A stretch of 62,797 nt of DNA, filler included, from Rhabdomonas costata (taxonomy: Eukaryota), in the NCBI GenBank assembly GCA_019059605.1. It is 40 parts of 40 records of this genome, joined end to end, with 100 filler letters (N's around TTAATTAATTAA, not from the genome) between each part and the next. Parts side by side here need not be neighbours in the genome. Positions count along the whole stretch, not along the records: positions 48,762 to 50,234 come from JAHMHO010015043.1; positions 50,335 to 51,803 come from JAHMHO010015044.1; positions 51,904 to 53,368 come from JAHMHO010015045.1; positions 53,469 to 54,940 come from JAHMHO010015046.1; positions 55,041 to 56,513 come from JAHMHO010015047.1; positions 56,614 to 58,090 come from JAHMHO010015048.1; positions 58,191 to 59,662 come from JAHMHO010015049.1; positions 59,763 to 61,232 come from JAHMHO010015050.1; 32 more parts are not named here. The stretch is one strand, 5' to 3'. Shown one piece after another: positions 48,812 through 62,272 of the stretch. The translations under genes and the position numbers were made by a program. Position 1 is the first letter of the stretch. Each line of letters opens with the position of its first letter. The notes under the pieces were generated by a model that had not been told where the DNA came from, ran no database searches, and was given only the letters and a program-made list of their open reading frames with translations.

Positions 48812-50137
48812 GGCTGGGCTTTCAGTCGACATCTCGATGAATCAGTTTACTTTTGGTGCAAAGTCCAGCCCTACCTTTCAGGTTAGTCCTACCTTAAATA
48901 AGTGCTTTCTCTTGTTGGATTTTCAACCATGTTCTCACTTCTATTTGGGTTCGAAGTGTCGAAACACCGTCTGGTACCGTCTCCCGCTATCTTTTACAAA
49001 GTTTGGGCGGCGGTTTGCGCTTTCTATCAATTGTGTTTCCAGGGGTCTCCTGCTGGAATTGGATCGGCCAGACCCTTCCAGGTATTTTGCCCACGGCATT
49101 TTTACTTCACAGTTTGATGGAAAGGGCAAACTTTTACTGCTTTCCTTTTTTGCGGATGTCTCAGCGAGCACCCTCCGGAACTGCAGTTGCTGATGGCTCA
49201 CAGGGTCCTCTGAATCCCTCTCGAACAAGGTGTCTTCTGCCCGCAACTTTGGTGCAAGAAGCGCGTAAACGGGAAAAAGGGATATGAAAGAGCCGCCATC
49301 GGAAACAGGTGAAAGGGTCGGGAAACTGTACCCAAGAACCGGCAACGCAGCTCTATTTTCAAAGGACTTCGGTTGGGTTCACGTTTTTCCTGTGACGGGA
49401 TGATGGGTTGATGGTTGCATGCACCAGACCACATACACGTGTTTTCGACTTCTTTTAATCAATTGAAATTCACGAGGTCAGAGCCAATGTGACATGCAAC
49501 CTCCTTGGCGGTGGCATGTGTATTCGCCCCCTTCCGAGCTCTTTTCCTACAGTACCTCGTCGCTGAACTCCTCGCTCGGTGAAGCCGTTATGAATGAGCT
49601 GGACGGAATGCTCAACGTGGAATATTCCCGATTTCGCGACAGCTTGCCTGGTGACCTTCGGGTCTCGCCGTCGCACCCACTGGTTGTGCTTTCTTTTGGC
49701 TTTCTTTTGGTGTCTTGCTTGCCTTGCTGCTTCCCTCATTCTACCCTCTTTGGTCATCAAGAAAGTGTGTTAATGATCTGATCTGCAGAATGTGCTGGTG
49801 CTGGGAAGTCGCCCCAAAACCGCTCGACTCAAAAGACAAGTGAGCGCAGCAACGCGGCAGATATTGTTCATTGGATCAGGGTTGAACCATTATTTGAGAA
49901 TCCATCCTTCCCCTCTCTCAAAGATGAAAGGGGTTTTCTTTTTTTGTGTGGACCGATTTGCCATCCTTGATCCACCTTTGAGTCAGCCTTGATATTTTCT
50001 TGTCTCAACCTGGGCCTCACTATGAAGTGTTCGGGATTTCCTTCTCTTTTCTTGGCAAATTCAGAGTTCTCGGCCTCCTTCTTCACGAGGTGACCAGGAT
50101 TCCAGGGCAGTGCCGAGACCCATTCCTCAGGGACGGG
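48812..50137 (+). CDS. Hypothetical low-complexity protein, five small phase-consistent exons
   Basis: AGLSVDISMNQFTFGAKSSPTFQ|GSPAGIGSARPFQ|RAPSG..SRT|STSSL..NELDGMLNVEYSRFRDSLPGDLR|SSRPPSSRG..; all introns GT-AG. Confidence 0.55.
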
Positions 50138-52633
50138 GTATGCTTTGCTTGCTTTCCCAACCTGTTTCCCTTTTTGTGTGACTCGCTTTAACACTTCTGC
50201 AATTGTTGTGCAGCCCCCCCCACACCCCAACACANNNNNNNNNNNNNNNNNNNNNNNNNNNNNNNNNNNNNNNNNNNNTTAATTAATTAANNNNNNNNNN
50301 NNNNNNNNNNNNNNNNNNNNNNNNNNNNNNNNNNGTGTGTGTGTGCAAAACTTCTGAATCCCTAAGACCCTACGTCGCCTTCTAAACGCCACTGAGGACG
50401 GCGGTAGATCATTTCATCAATTTTGGTCGAAAAGGTAGAAATGTTTGAATTGGGAAGAGGGGGCCGCCGCGGAAGGCAACATCGAAGGGGAAGTTGCTCG
50501 AGAAAGCAGCGCCTTAAAAGCGCGAGGCGTTTTCTCAAAGCGTCGGCAGGGCCAGATGAAAAAGAAAGACGACCCCCACCTCCAAATCAGGCCTTTGTGG
50601 CTTTGTGGGGCTGAAAAACGTTGGAGGCTACCACTTTCCAATGTGAATGGTTTTTTTTTGCTAATTTTGGGCATTAATCACCCGCTGCAACCCTATTCCT
50701 CCGGTTGAGTCAATACCGGTCTTTATGCTAGGATGCTTAGGCCAAAAGTTGAAAAGCGGCTGGATGATTCTCATAAAAGCGCGCCTGCCGAACAATATGC
50801 TTTTTAGGCATGGGGGCGGAAAGCAGCAGATCAAAAAAGCTAACAAACAATGCGGGGCGTCCAAATGAAAATCCGGGGCAATACCCGCGTTAAAAGGCTT
50901 GGAGGCCAAAAAAAAAGAGGTGGACAAAATGTTCAATTGGCTCGCTGTTCGAGTTTGTCCGGAGAGAACGCTGGACGGAACCAAAGTTGCTGCTGATCTG
51001 GACGATTTTTGAACAGCGACGTCTTTCCCAAAAGCCATGGAAATGCAATACAATGGACAAAATCCATGATGAGGTTGCTTGCGCGTTCAGTTTTTTCGGT
51101 TAATAAGGCCCTTTAAAAACCGAAAAGCCGAGGGGGTAAACAAGAAACCGGAAAGAATGAAAAGAATCCACCGCATCGTCTGGGAATTTTTCGATCGCTC
51201 ATTTTAAAACAAACCTCATTTGCAACCTCTCTACTTTGAGGTCTGAGGCTCCCATTCCACAAAATTACCAGAATCAACAAGAATCCATGGTCAATAATTT
51301 GTTGTATATGACATTCCCCACCAGGATAAACATCGTTTTTGCCTTGATTTTTGGCCGAAAAGTCGACTCGGAACTTTGCGGTTACCGAATACCGCATATA
51401 CATTCACCTTTTCCCAAGTGTCAATGCTGCTCCTCAATGGGGAAGGGCTTCCATAAAAACCATCACTGACCCAATCTGGGAGAGGGAGGCTCAAGCGGAG
51501 GGATTATTTTCCAAAAAGTGCACTTTGAAATCGAGCTGTTGAACCAGTGACAAAAAGCTTTGCACCGTGTATAACGAGATTCTTTAAACAGGGTGGTTTG
51601 TTTCCAAAACTGCTGTGCCGCCCGACACAGGACAAGGAATAAAGGACTCATTATCCGGCGACTACCAGGGACAGAGGGCTCACAGTAGGTGCGCACAGAG
51701 ACACAACTCTGAGCCATTGGGATGGACGAGGACGTCGACAAATGGACGAAAAACATGCGCTGCTTATTTGCAGGTTGGGGCCCGCTTACCTCCCCCCCAC
51801 CCCNNNNNNNNNNNNNNNNNNNNNNNNNNNNNNNNNNNNNNNNNNNNTTAATTAATTAANNNNNNNNNNNNNNNNNNNNNNNNNNNNNNNNNNNNNNNNN
51901 NNNGGTTTGGGTGCAACGTTAAACAGGCCCGATTGACGTTGGGAGGGGGGGGATGTAACGGTTGCCAGCGGTGACAAGAAAATTCACCAAACATTGTTTT
52001 ATTTTAACTTGCACAAGGTTAGGTAACTGGTGCCAGCACCCTCGTTCTAGTGCTCTCAGGATGAGTATTCTTGGCTTGCACGTCAAAGCTGGAGCAGGCT
52101 AAGGAATAGCCTTTGTTGGGGATATGGGCGGACGAGTAGGGCAGCATTAGTTTATGGGCTAGTCGGCGTCGGCGAATGAGCAGGGCAGTAGTTAAAAAAG
52201 GGGAAGGTGGAGCGGCCGCGGCGAGCGGCTGTGACGGGAAGGTGATATGGGGGACGACTGTTACAATTTTTACAACGACTTTTACATTGTATTGTTTTGA
52301 GGGTAAATTTGTTGCCACTGTTAATCGTTGCCAATGGTGGGCTTACTGCCCCCCCCCCCATCCCTCAACGGCGACAATTAATGAGGGGTGAAAATAAAAA
52401 GGAAATCGTCGAAATTGTTACCCTTTCGGACTTACATGGGGGTTCAGGGACGGCAAAAGAGTCTCTCTGTATTCGCCATGAACAGCATTCTTGCGGCTTC
52501 TGCATTGGAAGCTCTTTCGTTCAGGGATGCGTGGTGACATTTGCAGGTTTTCGCTGCTGGCAAGGATAATATGTACAGATGCAGAAGGGAAGGCTAATAA
52601 AAGTCACTGTGTGACATCGTAGCCGGTCAGGTC

Positions 52634-52918
52634 TCAGGTGTGCTCCCAGTGCAGTGAGGTCAGCGCCCCGCAGCTGACCTTCACCACGCAGGACACATCC
52701 ACTTTGTTTTGCATTTTTTCCGATTGCAAAATAAAAAGACCAGCTCCTGCTCGAACCACTCACCATCAGGGGAAAATACGCAGTGCTCATTGGCGCCCAT
52801 CTTGGCAAACTGCCGAGGAGGGGGCCTCCGCTGGAGCTCCTCCGTCACCACAGCCCCAACCCACGGGCAGGGGCACTCCCGCCCAGCGCACAGCAGCACC
52901 CCCACCTGCAGCACTTCT
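52634..52918 (-). CDS. Probable C-terminal exons of a hypothetical protein
   Basis: GC-rich exon EVLQVGVLLCAG..FAKMGANEH, then DVSCVVKVSCGALTSLHWEHT* (needs a GC donor) or WMCPAW* (GT donor). Confidence 0.35.
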
Positions 52919-54151
52919 CTGGAGTACAGCCGGGTCAGCACAACGCTCCACAAGTCAGAGAGAAGCCCAACGACTACAACCATCTCCTCCCTCCGGCTCA
53001 CAAAAAGACCCCCTTTCCCCGAACGCAGTACAGCAATGGGCGAGGTAAAGCCATGAGAACAGTAGAAAGTACCATCAAAGACAGTAGTAGACAGCAAAAA
53101 CAAACTGGAAGACAAGGAAGGCACGTTCAAACACTGCTCATGTGCTGACGTGGTTGGAGCAGTGGCGATGACAACACTGCAATTTGCTCGATCGGGAGCG
53201 CGGGTTGGTACCCTACCAGGGCTCCTTGTCTCCGTAGGTAACATAGCAGACCATAGTACCGAACTTTACTGGGCATCATCCAAAAACGTACCCCCCTCGC
53301 CCAACCCAAATGTTGCGGAAGTCAGCGGTGCAGTTTGGGTATATTCCCAACGCCAGCAACACCACACCNNNNNNNNNNNNNNNNNNNNNNNNNNNNNNNN
53401 NNNNNNNNNNNNTTAATTAATTAANNNNNNNNNNNNNNNNNNNNNNNNNNNNNNNNNNNNNNNNNNNNTTGTTGGTGGTCTCTTTTTCTTTTCGTGCGCG
53501 AAGACAAAGCAGGCTTGGTTTCTGTCCATCCTTGGCGCACGAAAAGAAAAAGAGACCATCATCAAGCGAGCGCATTGGCCTCAGTTGATAGCACACACAC
53601 TTCCCTTCCGCAACCGTTGTGATTGACGGCTTCATGGGGAACCCCCCCTCCGAACAGTTTCCTGATCACCGCTTATGTCCTGGACATCCCGGTCTCCATG
53701 GCCCCAAACCTGGAGACCTTCACCATGGGCCTCCAGAGTTCTGTGAGGGGGAGTGGAACACCACCACCAAAGACACCGCTGGGAAGGTCATCGGGATTAC
53801 TGTGGGGTCGACTTCATGCAGTTTATCTGCACCGACCACCGGGGCCAGGTTGTTAGGTTGTTGGAAACCCACCAGGCGGAGGGGTGCTCTGGTTTCCCCA
53901 CCCAAGGGGCTGACGGAGTATCAGCTGGAGGGGTGGAGCTGGCGATCCTCTGACCGCGACATCCCCGTGGTGGAGCTGAGCTTCCGGCACTCCAGCAAGT
54001 TCCCACCCGGGGTCTCAGAGGGAGAGCCAGCCACCGTAACCTACCCAGCAGGCATCATCATTAAGCGGAGTGCACAAAACGACTCTTCGAGTAAGGTTGA
54101 CCTCGGACCCCCTGCGGATCCACCCTGAACCTGTGTGGCTCGCTTGAGCGG

Positions 54152-54326
54152 TGTGTGTGTTCTTTGCTAAAGGAAAAGGCCCCACAAAGCGAGCCACTTG
54201 TGGGGCCTTCCCCTTTGGCAAAGAACACACACCACCAGGAGTGCAATGCGGAGGGTGTCATCGGAATTACGTGGCAAAGAACACACATCACCAAGAGTGC
54301 AATGCGGAGGGTGTCATCTGAATTAC
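54152..54326. repeat. About 35-bp imperfect inverted repeat overlapping a 2x56-bp tandem repeat
   Basis: Arms TGTGTGTTCTTTGCTAAAGGAAAAGGCCCCACAA / TTGTGGGGCCTTCCCCTTTGGCAAAGAACACACA. Tandem units start at 54216 and 54272. Confidence 0.9.
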
Positions 54327-54865
54327 CATAGTACCATAGTGCAGAGCTCTCTATGGCAGTGCGTCCACCGTGGCAAGCTTGTGAAGGTATGTCGGGTGCC
54401 AGGCGCGACACTCAAGGGACAACCCAACCAACCAGTTCCGTCACAACGCCGCCCTCTTGCGGGAAGTCATCCATCCCAATAAAATCCCCCCTCAAAAAAG
54501 CAACAATTTTATTTTCTCAGTATGTGAGAAATGTTTGGTCCTCAGCGATGCCGCCATGCCAGCTTCCCTCCAAGTAGCGGCGCCACGGCACCCCGCTCCA
54601 CATTCTTGGCCTCTGACAAAGAAAGAGACGAGACAAAAGTGAAAATGAATGGAAAGCAAAAAAAGATTGAAAGGGCAGGAGCTTCGTGACCGTGGCATCA
54701 CACAGACACCATCCAATAAACCCCTTTGTTCCTTGACCTGCTGAGCTGGAAGGTTTTATCCAAGGGTACAAGTTTTTGGCTTGCAACGGCTTTTGGTTTT
54801 TAGCTCCGCCCTGCTTATGTGCTGCCTCAGCTTTTTGCCTTGATGCGTTGCCGTTGCTGCTTTGA

Positions 54866-54939
54866 TTTTGTGTAAAAAAAAAACCATTATTCCGAAGAAA
54901 GGTGTTGCTGTGGAATAATGGTTTTTTTTTAACACAAAA
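54866..54939. repeat. Inverted repeat with about 28-bp arms at the contig end
   Basis: TTTTGTGT(A)nCCATTATTCC ... GGAATAATGG(T)nAACACAAAA. Confidence 0.85.
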
Positions 54940-55638
54940 CNNNNNNNNNNNNNNNNNNNNNNNNNNNNNNNNNNNNNNNNNNNNTTAATTAATTAANNNN
55001 NNNNNNNNNNNNNNNNNNNNNNNNNNNNNNNNNNNNNNNNTGTGGTTTGGTTCATTTTCCGGAAAGAGTTGGGTCCGGGGAAGGGGAAGCCCTGGAATAG
55101 CAGCAACGTTCTGCCGGCTTCAGAGGCCACCGTTTGGTTTGGACAAGCTGATGTGCATATCCTTCCATGAAACGTCCCTGCCTCAATTACCTCGTTCTTA
55201 TCCAGCCTAGGGCGGCCCTTGAAACCTCAGCGTATTCGCTCCGGAAAGGTTTTCAAGCTGTTCTTGAAACTATTAGAGTGGACCCCAGAATTGTCGCTTT
55301 ACTTGATCATCTGTTAAGGGTTAGCAAGTGGGTCCTGCCCACCTCCCGACAGAGGAGGAGTTGATGCAACCTCAGGTGTCCAAATCAAAAAGAAACAGTG
55401 GCCACACGTGCCAGCGCACTGCGCGCAGGGAGGCCCCACCGACCCGCTCGACAGTCTTGAGTAGCAGTTAAATCGTGGTGACCGATTTGGAACTCGAGTG
55501 TCCTTATTGTCCTTGAAACTATGCAGAGTTCTGTCGTGTGGTTGCTTTGCTTTTTTTGTCTCATGTTTTGGCAGGTCTTCTTAATTCTCTTGTTTTCGAT
55601 TTGCTGTGGTGGTTTCTTGATTTTGTAAAAGTTCTGTC

Positions 55639-56159
55639 ATGTTTCTGTTGCGCAATCCTGAGAAGGCGGAGCTGAACCAATACTGGTGTGCGAAGAAAAA
55701 CTATTGGGATGGGCATAATTTGCCCCCGTTACAACTCTCACTCACTGTTCTCTTTCCTGTCGTGCGCAAGATAATCGCTCAGAACGTAGGCAAGCCGAAG
55801 CCGAGCAGGGCCGCAACATACGTGATTATTTAGCACCACGCACCACTCCCTGAAAAAGTCTAACCTTCCCCCGCCATTCCTCCAAAGAACTGGGAGAAAA
55901 GGGGGTCCAAATGTTGAGAGTTGTTGGAGGTTGAGAAGAAGTTCTTCAAAGCTGCGCTCATCAAACTTTGAATATTGGCCTGCCGTTGCATGTGTTTTTG
56001 GGACGTTCTTCAACGTCAATTTCTTCTTTCTTTGCTTTTCGTTGCTGTTTCTTCTTTTCGAGGTATTCCGCCAAAACGATCGAGCAGGTGGTCCGTGAGC
56101 TTGAGACGGTTAGTCCGAAAAGGGTGGCCTTCGTGTCGACACCGAGCTTGTTCTTCTCA
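55639..56159 (+). CDS. EEF1AKMT1/N6AMT2-like protein methyltransferase, N-terminus
   Basis: Exons 55639-55685 and 56063-56159: EKAELNQYWYSAKTI..VAFVSTPSLF, the family signature (L.Q.WYS..T, IA.lS.PS). Confidence 0.8.
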
Positions 56160-57109
56160 GTATGCGTGAAGCACGCGATTTGCTGAGATCAGCCCCACCC
56201 TGTTTTATGACTTTGTGGCATGCTTTTGCCTGTGATCCTTGATTCCTTTCCGCCCGTTTTTCCTGCCTTCCAGTTCAGATGAGGTACCAAAGGCGGTACT
56301 TTCCTGTAATCTGCCCCCCCATTTTCCTGTTATTTGCCCCCCAAATTTACCCACTGCAGGCATCCCTGGCCCTTTTTTTCTCTTCCAAAAAATGACAACT
56401 CCGCCATGAGATTCGTGCAGTACAATGTCATTCTCCTAAGGGAGAGGACTTGCCATTTGAGCCACCGAATGTCACTAAGAAAAGATGACAAAAGGGACCG
56501 ATGCGTTTGGGTTNNNNNNNNNNNNNNNNNNNNNNNNNNNNNNNNNNNNNNNNNNNNTTAATTAATTAANNNNNNNNNNNNNNNNNNNNNNNNNNNNNNN
56601 NNNNNNNNNNNNNTGTGGTGGGTTGAACTTGACCGTCACGAATGGATAAGTTCAACCCACAACAACAATTTTCGTGCACACACCTGCATTCACGATTTGT
56701 GTGTGATCGCCAAGTAAGTGTGTCTCACCTGCATGTATGTTGGCAGCATTTGGAGGGTACTTGGTTGGTATTTTCTTGCTCGACAACTGGTTCCACGACC
56801 GCTGCAACCACCGCTAAATGCAGCACCTGTTGGGGGTTTGGGGTTTGGGCATATCAGTAGTGAAAGGGACCACGGGCAACGTAGCTGACCTGTGAAGGCC
56901 TGCTATGTATATGTCAAAAGACCCCCCCCCCAGGGCGCTGTCCGCGTGTCGATTGAGAGCAGGCAGGTTAGGGGCTTTTCTTCCATCATCGCTGTCCTTC
57001 ACGTGTGTGCGTGTGTGTTTCCTTTCCGTCTTTTCATCGCCCAAACATGCACATGCGAACAAACAAACACAGCTGTCCCTGAGTAAAATAATAATAAAAA
57101 AAGACAAAA

Positions 57110-57897
57110 CCCCCGATATTGTGGTCCGTGGAGTCGACAAAGTGGACGTGGATCGGCGGCACAGGGGAGTAGGGCCCCGCATTGGTGGTGACGGTCTGTG
57201 CACTGGGAATGATGCGCGCCGGGGGCCCCACAATGGCATACTCGACCTGTGTCCAGAGGAACAAGGAACGCAGGAAAAAATGGGGAGGGGGAGGCAATCC
57301 CTCCCCCCATGGTGCATGATGGCGATGCAGGCGTTCTTTGAGATTGGGTTAGGGAGGCGGCGCACGTGTCCCCGGGGTTCCAATAGAAGCGTTTAGAAGC
57401 TATTGCATGGGGTTTGGTTGCGATGCACGTGCCTGCAGCGATGGACAGGTATTTTTCATTTTATCCAGGATGCGCTCCGCAGCCCAAGATCTAAGGTGCT
57501 TTCATAGAATAAGTTTTTCCTTACGTGTGCGTTGTGGTAGCGGGTTTCAAACAGTGGTATCAGACCCCCCCCCCCGAAAAGATCAAGTGTCCACAGACTT
57601 CCCTGTACCAGGGCCGAAAATTCACAGCCGTAGAAACAACACAGGGATGAGAAAAAAGATATCCGGCAAGCCTGTTCGGAAAACTGCTCCCCAACTCAAA
57701 GTCATGATTTATCTCTTCGCCCCCTCTTCCAACCAAAAATTTCACAGGCACACTTTGTTGCTGGAGTACCACAGGCCGTCGACTGAAAGCTCGAGGGTGG
57801 AGTTTAGCCACGAGGGGTCGTCGGTGACAGGCTGCACGCAAACCAAGGTCCTGGGGTCCAAGATAGTCGCCGCGACGACCACATCACGGCTGGGATC
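57110..57897 (-). CDS. IPT/TIG-like Ig-fold surface protein (partial)
   Basis: Exons 57897-57754 and 57246 to about 57110: VAATILDPRTLVCVQP..LELSVDGLWYS is typical of the TIG C-terminal strands. Confidence 0.65.
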
Positions 57898-57974
57898 CTG
57901 AATAATGAAGGCAGTGTTTGCAGGGCCAAGGACCGAGGCCACACAGCAAACGCAAAACGCACGCCCCTTACTCA

Positions 57975-58082
57975 CACAAACACAAACACAAACACAAACA
58001 CAAACACAAACACAAACACAAACACAAACACAAACACAAACACAAACACAAACACAAACACAAACACAAACACAAACACACA
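57975..58082. repeat. (CACAAA)n hexanucleotide microsatellite, about 18 units
   Basis: Read directly from the sequence. Confidence 0.98.
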
Positions 58083-58495
58083 CAACAAAANNNNNNNNNN
58101 NNNNNNNNNNNNNNNNNNNNNNNNNNNNNNNNNNTTAATTAATTAANNNNNNNNNNNNNNNNNNNNNNNNNNNNNNNNNNNNNNNNNNNNCTTCTGTGGC
58201 TGCGCCAAGTGCAGCCAATTTGGTCCAAGGTGCCGCGAAACGGGATAGTGACACTTTGTCCACTGCAGAAATACTGTACGGCGAGTGAGAGATTTTCTTC
58301 TGTAGTGGCAACAATGCTATGGGTCGACCAACTTTGCCAACTCTTCCAAGGCAATAGAAAATAACCAAGGTGAGATAGGAGATTACAAGATCGCCCCATC
58401 ATCATAACAAATCGTGATGGTGCATGAGGAAAACAACACCATTTTCCTCATTTTCCCGTACTCCTCTCTCAGCCGCTTCTAGCGCACCACCAACC

Positions 58496-59503
58496 GAGGA
58501 CTTCCTTCTCTCCTGTGCAGGGGAGGTGATTCTCCTTCAGGTAAGCCTTGAGCTGAGCCACCTTCAGGCGGTCCAGGCCCCCTGCCTTGGCTGCGGCGGC
58601 AACGTCAGGCTGCATGGCCGCCTGTTCCTATTTCTCAGAGTCAACAAGGAAAGGTAGAGAACCTGAGAACGATTTGAGAAGGAAGGAGAATCTCAAACAG
58701 GACTCACGATTGCTTTTCCTCGGCTTAGCTCATCTTAGGAGTTACGTGAAAGCGAGGGGTTTTTGAAGCGTGCGGTAAATATTTGGCTCGTGTTATCTCA
58801 AATGGAAGATGTAGGGGTAAACACACAACAAAACGGCCACCGGAAAAGAAGCAAAAACACTCTTCCAAGTATGGACCAGTTTTTTAATACAAATTCTTTT
58901 TTTGGCTAAGGCCACTTATTTTGTCAGCGACTTTGACAATAACACAAGAGGCAGTGTATCCTCGGAAAAAAGGTCATGTTCATCCCCTCAGTCCTCCTAT
59001 CACAGGGCATATCAAATTGCCACCGAAAGGGATAGAGCAGGACAATAGAATGACGGCAAAAGCCCACATGCAGGAGAACTTGTGAGAGCGCCGTTGAGGC
59101 CCAGCATTGAGGGCGGATCTACTGGTGCGAGCAATAAATGATCCAACACTACGTATCAACACAGTTCCGGCGGAACAACACCGGAATGTTTTGAAGACTG
59201 TCAACCATCACACCGCAAGAACAGAAAGGGACACAAACTGACGAAAGAGAACTAATTTAGCGGGTCTGTCTCACCCAAGTGGTAGAAATTGGTGGTCAGC
59301 AGGCCTTACAGCCCTTTTACCGCCACCCTTCCCCGCAACGTGCGCGAAGCAGGGGCGTCCTTGGGGACGCGGTAGCGGTCCCCCGTCTCGGCCACGATGC
59401 GGGACCTCCAAGACGCGCTATAGCCGGGGGTTTGTGCGACAAAGCCTTGCGGGTTCTTACTGGGGACCTTCATGTAGCCGTCCATGTACTTCACAAAAAG
59501 GGT
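58496..59503 (-). CDS. SAP-domain protein (partial)
   Basis: Exons 59503-59468 and 58627 to about 58496: GGLDRLKVAQLKAYLKENHLPCTGEKEVL is a SAP motif. Confidence 0.75.
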
Positions 59504-59762
59504 CTGTAAAAATGCGATCAAGAGAAAAGAGTGTAGCGGCCACCGTGGGGGGAGCATTCGGAAAAAGGAAGAAGCACAACGAAAACGCAAAAAAGGCAAC
59601 GCCACCATGAAAAACCAAATACCCATGCTGGGCCGTTTTCGCAAAAAAAAAAATTTTCTGCANNNNNNNNNNNNNNNNNNNNNNNNNNNNNNNNNNNNNN
59701 NNNNNNTTAATTAATTAANNNNNNNNNNNNNNNNNNNNNNNNNNNNNNNNNNNNNNNNNNNN

Positions 59763-61232
59763 GTGGGGGTGCGTGAATGGCATCGGCTGCTCGGCCTTCC
59801 TGAGCAGCCGCACCGAGGGCCCCACGATGCCTGAGTGGGGCATGCGGTGCCCGCTGTGCCCCACAGGGGTGCTGTCGATGTGCACTGTGGTCTGCTTCGA
59901 CCTCGGCGGGTTGGAGGAGCTCCCGCCACAGCTCACGGACCTTACCCAGGTCTGCTTTTACATTCTCTCTATGCTTCGCGTTTCCCTGTTTCACTGTGTC
60001 TCTCCTCCTTAGGAGTGAGACATATGTAAAAACAGCAAAAACAGCAGTATTAATCCACATAAAATTTTTGGTCTTGCCGATTGATCGTTTTTTGATAGAA
60101 CTCTGGTGAGCGTTTCGCACAAAAGCTAGAAGTGCTGCAAAAATGGATGCAGCAAAACCTGTCCGAGACCCGCAGTTTGTTGCGAAAGGTTTCCTCTGAG
60201 TCTGGGGTGCAATTGGCGCCGAAAAAACAAAAGGGGAATCCTGGAGCGTTATGTGGGAATCCCTGCTGTGTGAAGGCCAATGGCGCGGGAGAAAGGGTTG
60301 TGCGCAGGTTCTTTAGCCCGCAGGAGTCGTGCATATAAGTGGCGCGGGCTACAACCACGAGTGCGATGATTGCTTTTTTCCCTGCCGTGTTTCCCTCGTC
60401 TCTCTCTCATTGAAGCGCGATAATAAAGCCCCTCTGACCATTTCCGAAGATGTGGCACATTTGTTCCACATCAGCCCCGCAGAAATCCTCTTGCATTGGA
60501 GACCACTACCGGAAAGAATCTCAAGGCACAGCACCCAGGCGTTTCTTTCCTCGGCAGATGCTACACTGACGGGAAGTACCTTTACTGATTCTGCAGAGAC
60601 TTCTACCCACCTTCCACCCTCGCCTGGGTTTTGCAAAGGCCGAGTGCGAGCACGGACGCTTCCTCTCCATGGTGCACAACAGCGTGGGGAAGTTTCACGG
60701 CATGCTGGACAAGGTCTGCCCGCATGCGGTTGGGGGGGGGGGTAAAGCTACCAGCGGTAACAATTTTTTCAATGGGAGCACATTTTAAAATTTTAAGTTG
60801 CTATCAGCCCCAACTCCCGATGTCACATACCCGCCCAAGCCGCCCAGATTTAAACTCCAATTGTGGAAAATAAAGTGCTTAACGTGATTATGCCTCAGGG
60901 GGGAGGCACAGCAGGTTATGGTTTTAGCGTTTCCTTGTGGGCACCTGTCATTCTTAGCGTTCCTTGCGGGCCCGCATGTTCCCACGGATCCCGTTCCGCA
61001 GGTCCTCGGGGACTCCGCGCTTGCGCTGTGGAACGTCCCCCAGAGCTGCGACCATCCCGAGGTCAGCGCCGTGAGCTGCGCCCTGGCCGTGGTCTCTCGT
61101 TGGGGCTCCACTCCAACCGCCACCGCCACCGCCACCGCTGCCGACCAACCGCGCTGCTCGCCACCGTTCTCCACAAACTCCCCAAAGGACGGGGAGGCTG
61201 CCAACCCGTTGCTGCTGCCCGCCCCCCCACAC
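59763..61232 (+). CDS. Class III adenylate/guanylate cyclase domain (partial)
   Basis: Exons up to 59949, 60639-60713 and 61002 onward: CTVVCFDLGGL..Q|AECEHGRFLSMV..HGMLDK|VLGDSALALWNVP..AVSCAL. Spacing from the first Asp to DK..GD fits the family. Confidence 0.85.
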
Positions 61233-62272
61233 NNNNNNNNNNNNNNNNNNNNNNNNNNNNNNNNNNNNNNNNNNNNTTAATTAATTAANNNNNNNNNNNN
61301 NNNNNNNNNNNNNNNNNNNNNNNNNNNNNNNNCCCTTTTTTCCATCCTCAAGTCCAGCTGCAGGTGGCATCCACTGAGTCCTTTGGATGAGAGCTGCACT
61401 TGAGTGTAGCCGATTCAGTACCACTAACTGCGACCAGTGAGAAAGGCATCACCTGTTTCCTTTTTTGTTTGGGTGCTGATGTGGGCATTCTTGCTTCATG
61501 CAGAACGGACCTCAGTCCGATTGAAATTTGCAAACGAACTACAAAGAGCAAATTTCAGTTCTAGAAGCTAACCCCATCTTGACTCCTGATGGACGCTGAC
61601 CTAAGGTCATCCAAGAAGCCTGTGAAACAGCAATGGCGGTTGACATGGAGCAGAGAGCCACGCGCAAATGAAGATATGGAAAGAGGCGCGTTTTTTGCAC
61701 CGCTGAGAGGTTGTTCATGGATTAGGGTTCTCTCCATAATTCCCTCTCCTCTCTCTCCTAGTCAGTTTATCATGGTCATAAAATGGCAGCGAAAAGCTGA
61801 ATATCATTCATTAATGGAATCATGATTGATTGATTGATGGGAGATGTTCGCTGCTCGACTGGTCCATCACATTTTATTTATTTTCCTGGCTTGGAATGGT
61901 GAAGCCAGCCAGGTCAACGCTGGGTTTCTGAGTGCACCGAATGCGGGTGAGGACAGTGTGCATCTCTGTCTCTAGCCGCCTGTCTTCCGCGACCGTGGAT
62001 GGCTTCGGGGCTCTGGTATTGCATCCACTTGCCTACTTCGGTGTTTCCACTCCATGCATGCCAACGCACATCTTCGCAGCGTGAATTTTTTTATTTTAAG
62101 TCTTGCCGTGTCCACTGTGGGTTTTGCATGAGTGCCAAATTGGCATACTCGCTTTCATTACTGTTTGCAAATTGGTGAAGCTTTCCCGACCTCCCATCAC
62201 ACCGATCCCACCAGCCGACCCTCCGTCGTGCGCTGTCGCCCCCTTTTCAGCCTCCCTGTGAAATCCTAGTCG

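Noticed and set aside
50440..51560. hAT/DDE transposase remnant
   Set aside because: Coding-like texture with stops, but no diagnostic motif.
60126..60540. Extra exons inside the cyclase gene
   Set aside because: Cyclase motif spacing fits a direct 59949-to-60639 join, so these segments are intronic.
61925..61936. Spliced-leader RNA gene (TTTCTGAGTG)
   Set aside because: The match stops after 10 nt and there is no T-run or donor.
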